Shown here: positions 1-8,318 of the stretch, one piece after another
Layout: each line of letters starts with the position of its first letter
Position numbering within the stretch: the first letter of the stretch is position 1
From: an uncultured Mageeibacillus sp.
Lineage (GTDB): Bacteria; Bacillota; Clostridia; Saccharofermentanales; DTU023
Direction of reading: 5' to 3'
DNA: 53,540 bases
Assembly: GCA_964346695.1 (NCBI GenBank)
Contig: CAYFVK010000001.1
Coordinates: forward strand, 88,601 to 142,140
Program-made: the position numbers and the translations under genes
Notes under the pieces: generated by a model
Databases searched by the model: none
Seen by the model: only the letters and a program-made list of their open reading frames with translations
Told to the model about the DNA's origin: nothing

Positions 1-236
1 CTTCGGAACCGACAGATACAACAAAGCCCATGGATACAGCTAAACCGACAGAAACAACTAAGCCGACTGAGTCTAAAACTGAACAAAAAACAGAACAGAA
101 GTCTGAGAAATCAGAATCAAATGTTCCATCAACCGGAGAAACAATGGCTTCTAATTTACTCCCGTTAGCATTGTCATTTGCAGGTGGATCTTTGCTGATT
201 CTTAGAAAAAAGAAAAGCAAAGAAGATGAAGAATAA
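1..236 (+). CDS. C-terminal end of a sortase-anchored (LPXTG-like) surface protein, 5'-truncated by the window edge
   Basis: The frame is open from nt 3 (SEPTDTTKP...). A T/E/K/P-rich stalk (TETTKPTESKTEQKTEQKSEKSES) is followed by VPSTG, a hydrophobic stretch (LLPLALSFAGGSLLIL) and a basic tail (RKKKSK), which together form a cell-wall sorting signal. Stop at 234-236. Confidence 0.7.
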   Translation, partial: SEPTDTTKPMDTAKPTETTKPTESKTEQKTEQKSEKSESNVPSTGETMASNLLPLALSFAGGSLLILRKKKSKEDEE

Positions 237-343
237 TGAAAGTTAAAAGAGGGTTCATGACAGGATTGTGAAAACAGATAAAACGTTTGTAAGCGATCCC
301 GGCTGATCTATTTTCTCTCTAACTATAACATCTTTATCAAACT

Positions 344-383
344 CACCCGCGGGTAGCTATTATCAGCTGACGCGGGTGTTTTA
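344..383 (+). terminator. Rho-independent terminator of the surface-protein gene
   Basis: Stem cacccgcg (344-351) pairs with cgcgggtg (371-378) around a 19-nt loop, followed by tttt (379-382). Confidence 0.7.
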
Positions 384-520
384 ATTACAACTTCGTTCAG
401 GTTGTGTTCAGCTTAATCTAAAATAATAAGTACTGAGGATTTTATTTCGAAATTTTTGGTTATTAAATCAATGCGAATTATTCATATGGAAAAGTTTAAT
501 CATCAAGTTTTTGCGCTTTT

Positions 521-529
521 TGCTATAAT
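521..529 (+). promoter_or_regulatory. Possible extended -10 promoter element for glmS
   Basis: tgcTATAAT (TGn + TATAAT) lies about 33 nt upstream of the glmS ATG. I found no good -35 hexamer at 17 nt spacing. Confidence 0.3.
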
Positions 530-561
530 GACATTCGAAAATTAGAGATTGGAGATCACTT

Positions 562-2394
562 ATGTGTGGTATTGTCGGATATATCGGGAAAAAGAAAGCA
601 GCTCCCATTTTATTGGACGGCTTAGAGAGATTGGCCTATCGAGGTTATGACTCCGCAGGCTTAGCGGTACGCAATGATAAGGACAATATTGAGATTGTAA
701 AAGCCAAGGGGAAATTAGATAATCTGAAAAATAAAACGAATCAGGGCAAAGCGGTTCAAGGTAATTGCGGCATCGGTCATACTCGTTGGGCGACACATGG
801 CGAGCCTTCCGAAATTAACGCTCATCCCCATCACAGTAATAACTCGTCAATCGTTGCCGTTCATAATGGAATCATTGAAAATGAAAACGAAATCAAAGAA
901 TTTTTAACAACAAAAGGTTATCATTTCTATTCCGACACCGACACAGAGGTCGCAGTAAATTTAATCGATTTCTACTATCAAGACACGGATCCCATTAAAG
1001 CATTAAATCGTGCGATGTTTCGAATCCGCGGCTCTTATGCCTTAGCAGTCCTGTTTAAAGATTTTCCGGGTGAAATCTATGTAGCGCGAAAAGACAGTCC
1101 GATGATCATCGGCATTACAGAAAACGAATCGTATCTCGCTTCGGATGTACCGGCAATTCTGAAATATACCAGACAAGTCTATTATATCGGCGATTTAGAA
1201 ATCGGCAGATTAAAAGCAGGTGAGGTGTCTTTCTATAATATAGACGGGGAACCGATCGAAAAGAATTTAACGCAAATTAATTGGGATGCCGAAGCCGCGG
1301 AAAAAGGCGGTTTTGAGCATTTCATGATGAAAGAGATTCATGAACAGCCGAAAGCGGTATCGGATACATTGCAATCAATCATTAAGGATGGAAAAATTGA
1401 TCTTTCCGCTGCCGGATTGACAGAGGAAGATATAAAAGAAATCAGTCAGGTCTATATCGTCGCCTGCGGGTCGGCTTATCATGTCGGCGTCACGACACAG
1501 TATGTGATGGAGGATTTGGCGCAGATTCCGGTTCGTGTTGAACTTGCCTCCGAATTTCGATATAGAAAACCTCTGTTAGACCCGAAAGGTCTTGTGATTA
1601 TAATCAGTCAATCAGGTGAAACGGCGGACAGTTTGGCAGCTCTGCGCGAAGCTAAGCGTCAGAAAATCAATACCCTGGCTATTGTCAACGTAATAGGCTC
1701 TACAATCGCCAGAGAAGCTGATCATGTTCTATTTACCTTAGCAGGTCCGGAAATCGCTGTAGCGACAACTAAAGCCTATAGCGCACAATTAATCGCCGCC
1801 TATACAATTGCTATTCAATTTGCTAATGTTCGTCGGACGATAAATTCAGATAAATATCAAGAATTAATTGAGGAATTAAAGACATTGCCCGATAAAATAG
1901 AAAGAATTCTCCAAGATAAAGAGCGTATACAATGGTTCGCAGCCAAACAGGCATCCGCTAAAGATATATTTTTTATCGGCAGAGGTTTGGACTATGCAAT
2001 TTGTCTTGAGGGCAGCTTGAAAATGAAAGAAATCAGTTATATTCATTCTGACGCCTATGCCGCAGGTGAGATTAAGCATGGTGCAATTAGTCTATTGGAA
2101 GAGAATACCTTGGTGATCGGCGTGCTTACTCAACAGAATCTTTATGAAAAAACGGGCAGCAATATGGCAGAATGCAAGAGCCGCGGAGCCTATCTCATGG
2201 GATTAACGAATAATGGAAATTATAACATTGAAGATATTGCCGGCTTCGTCGTATATATTCCGCAGACCGACCGGCATTTTACGACTTCTTTAGCCATTGT
2301 GCCATTGCAATTGATGAGCTATTATGTTTCCGTCGCCAGAGGTCTGGATGTTGATAAACCGCGCAATTTGGCGAAAAGCGTTACTGTTGAATAA
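562..2394 (+). CDS. glmS: Glutamine--fructose-6-phosphate aminotransferase (isomerizing)
   Basis: 610 aa. N-terminal MCGIVGY (catalytic Cys2), two SIS domains (SQSGETADS), C-terminal KPRNLAKSVTVE. GGAGA RBS at 551-555. Confidence 0.97.
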   Translation: MCGIVGYIGKKKAAPILLDGLERLAYRGYDSAGLAVRNDKDNIEIVKAKGKLDNLKNKTNQGKAVQGNCGIGHTRWATHGEPSEINAHPHHSNNSSIVAVHNGIIENENEIKEFLTTKGYHFYSDTDTEVAVNLIDFYYQDTDPIKALNRAMFRIRGSYALAVLFKDFPGEIYVARKDSPMIIGITENESYLASDVPAILKYTRQVYYIGDLEIGRLKAGEVSFYNIDGEPIEKNLTQINWDAEAAEKGGFEHFMMKEIHEQPKAVSDTLQSIIKDGKIDLSAAGLTEEDIKEISQVYIVACGSAYHVGVTTQYVMEDLAQIPVRVELASEFRYRKPLLDPKGLVIIISQSGETADSLAALREAKRQKINTLAIVNVIGSTIAREADHVLFTLAGPEIAVATTKAYSAQLIAAYTIAIQFANVRRTINSDKYQELIEELKTLPDKIERILQDKERIQWFAAKQASAKDIFFIGRGLDYAICLEGSLKMKEISYIHSDAYAAGEIKHGAISLLEENTLVIGVLTQQNLYEKTGSNMAECKSRGAYLMGLTNNGNYNIEDIAGFVVYIPQTDRHFTTSLAIVPLQLMSYYVSVARGLDVDKPRNLAKSVTVE

Positions 2395-2535
2395 TATTTT
2401 TTATGCTTGCTCAATGAAATTTTTTACCGGGCAGTGAACTAAACAGAATCGGATTTTTTGAACTTGAATATTGCTAATTGTCGGAAAAAATTTGCTGAGA
2501 ATAAAAAATTGGGGCAAGGTAATTAATTTTATAAA

Positions 2536-2564
2536 TTGACATTAAAATATAACTTTGTTATATT
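2536..2564 (+). promoter_or_regulatory. Sigma-A type promoter for the tRNA pair
   Basis: TTGACA (2536-2541), a 17-nt spacer, then TATATT (2559-2564), ending 14 nt before the tRNA-Leu 5' end. An 8-bp inverted repeat aatataac/gttatatt (2546-2564) overlaps the spacer and -10. Confidence 0.6.
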
Positions 2565-2577
2565 TGTTGAGTAATTC

Positions 2578-2664
2578 GCCGGAGTGTCGGAATCGGCAGA
2601 CGAGATAGACTCAAAATCTGTTGTCCGCAAGGGCGTATGGGTTCAAGTCCCATCTCCGGCACCA
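2578..2664 (+). tRNA. tRNA-Leu (anticodon CAA), class II with long variable arm, CCA encoded
   Basis: Manual cloverleaf. Acceptor GCCGGAG/CTCCGGC; anticodon stem ATAGA/TCTGT with loop CTCAAAA; variable arm GTCC-GCAA-GGGC; T arm ATGGG-TTCAAGT-CCCAT; 3' ACCA. Confidence 0.9.
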
Positions 2665-2675
2665 TTTTTTTATTT

Positions 2676-2750
2676 AGGGGAGTGGCTCAATGGTAGAGCA
2701 ACGGTCTCCAAAACCGTCGGTTGCGGGTTCAACTCCTGTCTCCCCTGCCA
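2676..2750 (+). tRNA. tRNA-Trp (anticodon CCA), CCA encoded
   Basis: Acceptor AGGGGAG/CTCCCCT; D arm GCTC-AATGGTA-GAGC; anticodon stem ACGGT/ACCGT with loop CTCCAAA; T arm GCGGG-TTCAACT-CCTGT; 3' GCCA. Confidence 0.9.
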
Positions 2751-2758
2751 GTATTCAG

Positions 2759-2788
2759 CCTCTGTGATCGGATATCGCAGGGGTTTTT
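2759..2788 (+). terminator. Rho-independent terminator after the tRNA pair
   Basis: Stem cctctg (2759-2764) pairs with cagggg (2778-2783), followed by ttttt (2784-2788). Confidence 0.55.
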
Positions 2789-2984
2789 GTTTGTTAATAT
2801 TCCGATGGATGGTTACAAAAATTAAGATGGAATAAATAAACGGACTCTATTTTTTATAAATAATAATTTTGTCCTTTGACTGTAATCTTATTGTAATATA
2901 CCGATAATTGTTCACATCAGTTTTATGGTTCTAATTTGATCATTCATATATAATGTAGATTATTAAGTGAGAAAGTGAATCAAT

Positions 2985-3644
2985 ATGCTCTTACTATATT
3001 TTTTAATTTTAATAACGGATCTGTTTTTAATCTTCTACGGTAATTTGAGTTTCTGGATCGGGTTTCCTGTTTTTTTATTTTCTATGTTCACAATATTTAT
3101 TCATTTTTATCGCTTCCTCAAAACAAATTATAAAATCAATCAGCTGAAGCGTAAGACAAAAGCCAAATGGCTGGGTGAATTATCTCTGATCAGCGGATTT
3201 GATTTAGTTCCTAATCAAGATATCTTTCTTGCGTTAACCAGAAGAGATAATTTAGTATTCATTGCCGAGCAGAATGAAATTATCGTCAAGCTAAATGATG
3301 TAGAAGGAATATTAATCACTAAAGGACAAAACCTGCAGAACGCCTCTGATGATTACCTGAAAAAATTGCTAAATCGTAATTCAGCCACAAAGGACTTTGA
3401 CTATATACGCAGTTTAATCAGTAAAAATAAATATTATCAAAAAAGAACGATTGTTATTTTTTCATTAGAAAATAAAGATAATAAAAATATTCGCTGGTCA
3501 AGAGATCTGGTAATGCTTCTGATAAATCAGGGGAATAAGAATTTTCAGCAATTCCTAAAAAGACCTGAAGTACGAAAAAAAGTCGGATTTCTGAACAAAT
3601 CCGATAAATTAAAGACCAGCCATCGAGTAGAAAGGGAAATATGA
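2985..3644 (+). CDS. Hypothetical membrane protein (two N-terminal TM helices), first gene of the MoxR operon
   Basis: 219 aa. The N-terminus MLLLYFLILITDLFLIFYG...FPVFLFSMFTIFIHFY is hydrophobic and the soluble remainder is K/N-rich. I recognise no family. Its stop overlaps the MoxR start (ATGA at 3641-3644). Confidence 0.6.
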   Translation: MLLLYFLILITDLFLIFYGNLSFWIGFPVFLFSMFTIFIHFYRFLKTNYKINQLKRKTKAKWLGELSLISGFDLVPNQDIFLALTRRDNLVFIAEQNEIIVKLNDVEGILITKGQNLQNASDDYLKKLLNRNSATKDFDYIRSLISKNKYYQKRTIVIFSLENKDNKNIRWSRDLVMLLINQGNKNFQQFLKRPEVRKKVGFLNKSDKLKTSHRVEREI

Positions 3645-4591
3645 GCATTTACGCCTCCAATTTCAGAGAATTATGTTCTCGGATCGAACAAAATATAAAT
3701 AAAGTCATGATCGGCAAACAGAATGTCGTAGAGAATCTTTTAATCGCCTTATCCGCGAGCGGGCATGTATTAATAGAAGATGTGCCGGGAATAGGAAAAA
3801 CAACCCTGGTCTCCGCACTGGCAAAATCATTGAGCTTATCCTTCAAAAGAATTCAATTTACGCCGGATTTAATGCCTTCTGATGTGACCGGATTTAACCT
3901 TTATAATCAAAAAACAGGCGAATTTGAATTTCAACCGGGAGCGGTAATGAGCCAGATTGTTCTGGCAGATGAAATCAACAGAACCTCGCCCAAAACCCAA
4001 TCCGCTCTGCTCGAGGCCATGCAGGAAAATCAAGTGACGGTGGACGGCGTCTCCTATGCTTTGCCGCAGCCTTTTATCGTGCTGGCAACTCAAAACCCGA
4101 TTGATCATGTCGGTACTTATCCTTTGCCGGAAGCTCAATTGGATCGTTTTATGCTGAAAATAGATCTTGGCTATCCGACCATTGAGCAGGAAATTCAAAT
4201 TCTTGATCTGTACTCCAATGATTTTGATTTGCCGGAATTGGATAAGGTGGCTGACAGTAAGGATGTAATGTGGATGCGCCAGCAGGTGCAGATGGTTCAT
4301 TGCGCCAAATCCGTCAAAAGATATATCAGCGAGATAACAGCCGCGACAAGGAGACATCCGGATATCAAACTGGGAGCCAGTCCGAGAGCGTCCCGCATGT
4401 TAATGCAGGCTGCTAAAAGTCGCGCTCTGATTAAAGGCAGAGAGTATGTTCGACCGGATGATGTACAGGCTCTGGCATTATCAGTTTTATCGCATCGAAT
4501 CAGTATAACCTCTGAAAGTCGTTTGAAGAGAATAACCGCGGAAGATGCCATTCATTCCGTGTTGCAACAAATACCAGTACCGGAGAAATAA
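3641..4591 (+). CDS. MoxR-family AAA+ ATPase
   Basis: 316 aa. Walker A VPGIGKTT, Walker B VLADEINR, and ATQNP...PEAQLDRF, typical of the MoxR/RavA subfamily. Confidence 0.9.
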   Translation: MSIYASNFRELCSRIEQNINKVMIGKQNVVENLLIALSASGHVLIEDVPGIGKTTLVSALAKSLSLSFKRIQFTPDLMPSDVTGFNLYNQKTGEFEFQPGAVMSQIVLADEINRTSPKTQSALLEAMQENQVTVDGVSYALPQPFIVLATQNPIDHVGTYPLPEAQLDRFMLKIDLGYPTIEQEIQILDLYSNDFDLPELDKVADSKDVMWMRQQVQMVHCAKSVKRYISEITAATRRHPDIKLGASPRASRMLMQAAKSRALIKGREYVRPDDVQALALSVLSHRISITSESRLKRITAEDAIHSVLQQIPVPEK

Positions 4592-4593
4592 GC

Positions 4594-5805
4594 ATGCCGC
4601 GCTACAGATCCGCTCTATGGTTTTTGGCTGTAATAGCTTGTTTTATAGCAAATCAATTAATTGAACATAAATTCATCATGATTTTTATGTTGTTTTTATT
4701 GTTGTTGCCCATATTTTCATTTCTCTATACATTCTGGTTAAGAAGAAAATTGAAGATTCGCTTTGAGCCTGTTTCTGAATATATCAAAAGGGGAGAAGAT
4801 GCGGTTTGGTATGTTTATTTGGAAAACAACAGCAGAATCCAAACCTTGTCTTTACGTTTAATGCTCAGGGCAAATTCATTGTTTTACGATCAAAGTCAAA
4901 TTCGATCCACTCATCTGATCGCGCAGCATTCAAGCGAAATCGTTCGCATCACCGCCAAACCGTTTCATTCGGGTCCTTTCAGCTTGTACGGACTTTCCAT
5001 CTCATTAAATGATATTTTCGGTTTTTTCAGGATAAAAGTATTTGGCGCTAATAATTTGAACGTACCTAATATTTACGTTTTGCCTTTAATGGATTCCTCA
5101 GCGGATTACAAGTCATATTTGCAGCATCAATTAGAATCGGGAGAGTTTCCGGCAGGTAAAAGCCAAGTACTTTTAGACGAAATCGACCGTTTCAGAAATA
5201 TGATGTCCGGCGATTCCTTAAAATTAATTCACTGGAAATTATCCGCCAGAATGCAGGAATGGATTGTAAAAGAATTCGATAAAGAAGATGACAGGTCGGT
5301 TACAGTTCTGCTGAATCTTCCTGAGTTAGATGATAAATCTTTAAGTAAAGAGTATCATCGTTTAGGCAAGATCAGAGATTTTATGCTGGATCATACATAT
5401 ACAGCCATTCAGATTTTTTTAAGTTTCGGAGCCACTGTACGATTAAAAACCTATCAACCGGAACTTTTGATTGAAGAAGCCGATAATCTGAATGAATCCG
5501 AGCTGTTGAGAAAACAATTAGCTTATATTCCGCATCTCAGTGTGATCTCCTTTGCTGATCAGCTGCATGATGAATTGATCGGAAATGAACACAATATTAT
5601 CTATATTGCGACAGACGAGCTTAATTCCTCTCTGGTTACGGAATTAAGGTCACTCAGAGCTGTATCGGGCGGAATCCTGTTAGTCTATGTTTCCGACAGT
5701 CAGAGCTCGGATGAGGAAGTTAAAATATATATCAGTCAATTAGAACAGGCAGATATAATCGTTGAAATAGCCAATTCGAATAAGATAAATGCTTATGACT
5801 CATGA
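4594..5805 (+). CDS. DUF58 domain-containing membrane protein (MoxR partner)
   Basis: 403 aa. Two N-terminal TM helices. DUF58 hallmark LIHWKLSARMQEWIVKEFDKE (compare the IDWKxxARxxxLxVKEFE consensus). Starts 2 nt after MoxR. Confidence 0.8.
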   Translation: MPRYRSALWFLAVIACFIANQLIEHKFIMIFMLFLLLLPIFSFLYTFWLRRKLKIRFEPVSEYIKRGEDAVWYVYLENNSRIQTLSLRLMLRANSLFYDQSQIRSTHLIAQHSSEIVRITAKPFHSGPFSLYGLSISLNDIFGFFRIKVFGANNLNVPNIYVLPLMDSSADYKSYLQHQLESGEFPAGKSQVLLDEIDRFRNMMSGDSLKLIHWKLSARMQEWIVKEFDKEDDRSVTVLLNLPELDDKSLSKEYHRLGKIRDFMLDHTYTAIQIFLSFGATVRLKTYQPELLIEEADNLNESELLRKQLAYIPHLSVISFADQLHDELIGNEHNIIYIATDELNSSLVTELRSLRAVSGGILLVYVSDSQSSDEEVKIYISQLEQADIIVEIANSNKINAYDS

Positions 5806-8257
5806 AATCGCCAAAATTGAAAAACTGAGAAAAAAAGGTCAAACAGAAAAGATTGATGTTCAATCATTTCTGAAATTATTAATTGATTCTTTGATTTACT
5901 CCGGGATTGCTTTTCTGTTTTCCTGTATTTGGTTTGTGGAGGCAAATAGAGCTTTGCAACTTCATTATTCCGCGACCTATATGTGGCAGGTTAAAATTCT
6001 GATCACACTCGCTTTGCTACTAATTGTAAATTTCCCTAAATATGTCGGATTGCCGGCATTGGGGATAACAATTCTTTCGACATTTGTAGGTTATATTTTC
6101 CCAAATAGCTTCCTTGGCTCATTTTATCAAGGCGTTAAATTTCATTTAAGTGAAATAATCCACTCTTTTGTCTGGATTTTTTCTTATAACAAGTCGGCTA
6201 TGCCTTCATCTTTCCCGGTCTATCTGGCTGTTTTTTCTATTCTGATCGCTTTGTTATTAATCTATGTGAAACCGGTTCCTATCCTTTTATCAATTTTCTG
6301 GCTCATTCCTTATGTATCAATTTCCGCTTATAAAACAGCGGAAATCTCTTTGCTGAACCTGTTTATCGGTTTATTTTGTATCGCCGTTACATTCACCAGA
6401 CAAAGCAGTTTCAGCGGTAAATGGCGCAAGATTTGGCAGATACCTCCACTTGCCTTAATCGCGATCTTATTGGTTTGCTTGTTTTTCCTGCAGAATCTTT
6501 TGCCTGCGGATTTATTTTTTAACACGAAATTAAATCGCTATTTGGATGAGCTGATAAAATCCAAACAAAATATGCCGGATACTGTGAAATATTATGAGTT
6601 CAGCATCAAAGACGCGGGTTTCTATCCGCAAAATGCTCATCTTGGCGGGCCTGTCGAAAAGAAGAATTTACCTTTTATGTATGTGACCGGACCGGGGCAA
6701 AGTTTTTATCTGAGAGGTACCGTATTTAATGAATTTGAACAGAACATCTGGTATGCATCAAATATGGATATCAACTATCTATTTTACAATGAGGCACCTA
6801 TCAGACAGCAGAAGGAGGCTTTTCAATACAGAGAAAGCCTGAATCTGTCGGATGAAATATTCCAGCATTATTTTAAAGATGCGTCAATCAACATTTCACC
6901 CGTATATCAACCGATTCAAGCCATTTTTCACGGCGGAAAACCGGAACAGATTTTAAATAATATTCAGTCCGAAACTCCGACAACCGGTCAAACAACAGCG
7001 ACTGATGCTGAGAACAGCCCGACAGATAATATTTCATTTTATTTTAACCCGGACGGGCAAATTTACGCTTCGGATGAAATAAAAGTTCCGGGATATACTG
7101 TCAAGGGTCAGATCAACACCTTGGCAGGCAATGATGATTATCTGAATTTAATCATTAAAGATTATTATTCGGAAAAAATCAGCTTTGCTTCCCGGACCAT
7201 GAAAAACAATAAAAATTATCGATCTTTTCTGGAAAATACAGAGCCTGCATTAGCGGAAATCGTCTATCAGAAAGACGCAGATAAAGCTTTGCAGCTAAAA
7301 AATATCGTGATGTATTTAAAAACAAATTATGTTTATAATCTGAATGTTTCAGAAATACCTGAAAGCGTGGATTTATTTGAACATTTTATTTCAACGCGAA
7401 ATGGCTACTGTACCTATTTTGCTACAGCGCTCACGATCTTGCTCCGGGAAGCGGGTTTTGAAGCCAGATACATAGAAGGTTTTCTGGTACCGGGTATTCA
7501 AGACAGAGGATTGCCCGGTGAATATTATAAAAGACTGGTCAGTTCGGATCAGGCTCATGCCTGGACCGAGGTCAAAGTAAATGAGCTGGGTTACATTCCG
7601 CTTGATGCCACCCCTAATTCAGGCTTAAATGATTTATTAAGGGATCAGCAAAAAGAAGATGAACTGCGTGCGGAATTGCCCGAAACAACGCCGACTGAGA
7701 CATTGCCGAGCAAATCGCAGATAACTCTTCCGACTACTACTAAAAACACGATAAAACCGGATGGAAAAACCGATCGTCCCGATCAAAATAAGTTAAATAA
7801 TAATTTAACCAAAATTATTTTGCCGATCTTTTCGATTTTGTTCCTGATCGGATTGATCATCTTATATATACTTTGGCGTAAAAATTTATTGCGCAATAAA
7901 CATGACAGAGAATGGCTGTTTAAAAAATTCGATCGGGATATTTATGCCGTAATCACTTATATTTGGCTGGATATGAAATATTTGTATGAATTGCAAAACC
8001 GGAGTTTCGATAATAGTGATACGATATTAAAGATTATTGTCCATATGGCTGAGCAATTTAATTTTGACAGAACCAAGGCCCATAGAGCTTATCTGGCTAT
8101 TGACTGCGTTTTTTACGCGGAGAAGAACCCTGAGGAAGATGAAATTCAATGCTTGCTGGAGATGTATGCGGCTGCTGAACATACAACCAGACAAAATTTG
8201 AATCAAGTTAAATGGTTTTTTAGAAGATTTCTGTTTGCTAAAGAACCGCGATTTTGA
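5789..8257 (+). CDS. Transglutaminase-like polytopic membrane protein (DUF4129-type C-terminal region)
   Basis: 822 aa. Multi-TM N-terminus. Transglutaminase core with Cys-His-Asp candidates (NGYCTYFATA ... DQAHAWTEV ... IPLDATP). A P/T-rich linker and a late TM helix (IILPIFSILFLIGLIILYILW). Overlaps the DUF58 gene by 17 nt. Confidence 0.85.
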   Translation: MLMTHEIAKIEKLRKKGQTEKIDVQSFLKLLIDSLIYSGIAFLFSCIWFVEANRALQLHYSATYMWQVKILITLALLLIVNFPKYVGLPALGITILSTFVGYIFPNSFLGSFYQGVKFHLSEIIHSFVWIFSYNKSAMPSSFPVYLAVFSILIALLLIYVKPVPILLSIFWLIPYVSISAYKTAEISLLNLFIGLFCIAVTFTRQSSFSGKWRKIWQIPPLALIAILLVCLFFLQNLLPADLFFNTKLNRYLDELIKSKQNMPDTVKYYEFSIKDAGFYPQNAHLGGPVEKKNLPFMYVTGPGQSFYLRGTVFNEFEQNIWYASNMDINYLFYNEAPIRQQKEAFQYRESLNLSDEIFQHYFKDASINISPVYQPIQAIFHGGKPEQILNNIQSETPTTGQTTATDAENSPTDNISFYFNPDGQIYASDEIKVPGYTVKGQINTLAGNDDYLNLIIKDYYSEKISFASRTMKNNKNYRSFLENTEPALAEIVYQKDADKALQLKNIVMYLKTNYVYNLNVSEIPESVDLFEHFISTRNGYCTYFATALTILLREAGFEARYIEGFLVPGIQDRGLPGEYYKRLVSSDQAHAWTEVKVNELGYIPLDATPNSGLNDLLRDQQKEDELRAELPETTPTETLPSKSQITLPTTTKNTIKPDGKTDRPDQNKLNNNLTKIILPIFSILFLIGLIILYILWRKNLLRNKHDREWLFKKFDRDIYAVITYIWLDMKYLYELQNRSFDNSDTILKIIVHMAEQFNFDRTKAHRAYLAIDCVFYAEKNPEEDEIQCLLEMYAAAEHTTRQNLNQVKWFFRRFLFAKEPRF

Positions 8258-8318
8258 GATGGACTATTTCTGTTATATAATAAAACATTCAGAATATTTT
8301 AATAATTAAGGGAAGAGA

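Noticed and set aside
237-561. Expected glmS ribozyme upstream of glmS
   Set aside because: None of the conserved core sequence blocks are visible by eye, and the putative -10 leaves only about 30 nt of leader. I report this as an absence (see findings), not as a feature.
2584-2835. 83-aa + strand ORF in the track
   Set aside because: It lies directly over tRNA-Leu (2578-2664), tRNA-Trp (2676-2750) and their terminator. It is an artefact of an open frame through structured RNA genes.
3869-4357. Long antisense ORFs inside well-supported genes, e.g. 3869-4357(-), 12681-13043(-), 8778-9104(-), 14908-15216(-), 23638-23958(+), 24800-25111(+), 34168-34476(+), 18287-18613(+), 18687-18968(+)
   Set aside because: These are shadow ORFs opposite strongly motif-supported genes (MoxR, mutL, miaB, miaA, BMP lipoprotein, ADH, stp, NUDIX). 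They have no RBS, and their translations are low-complexity or unrecognisable.
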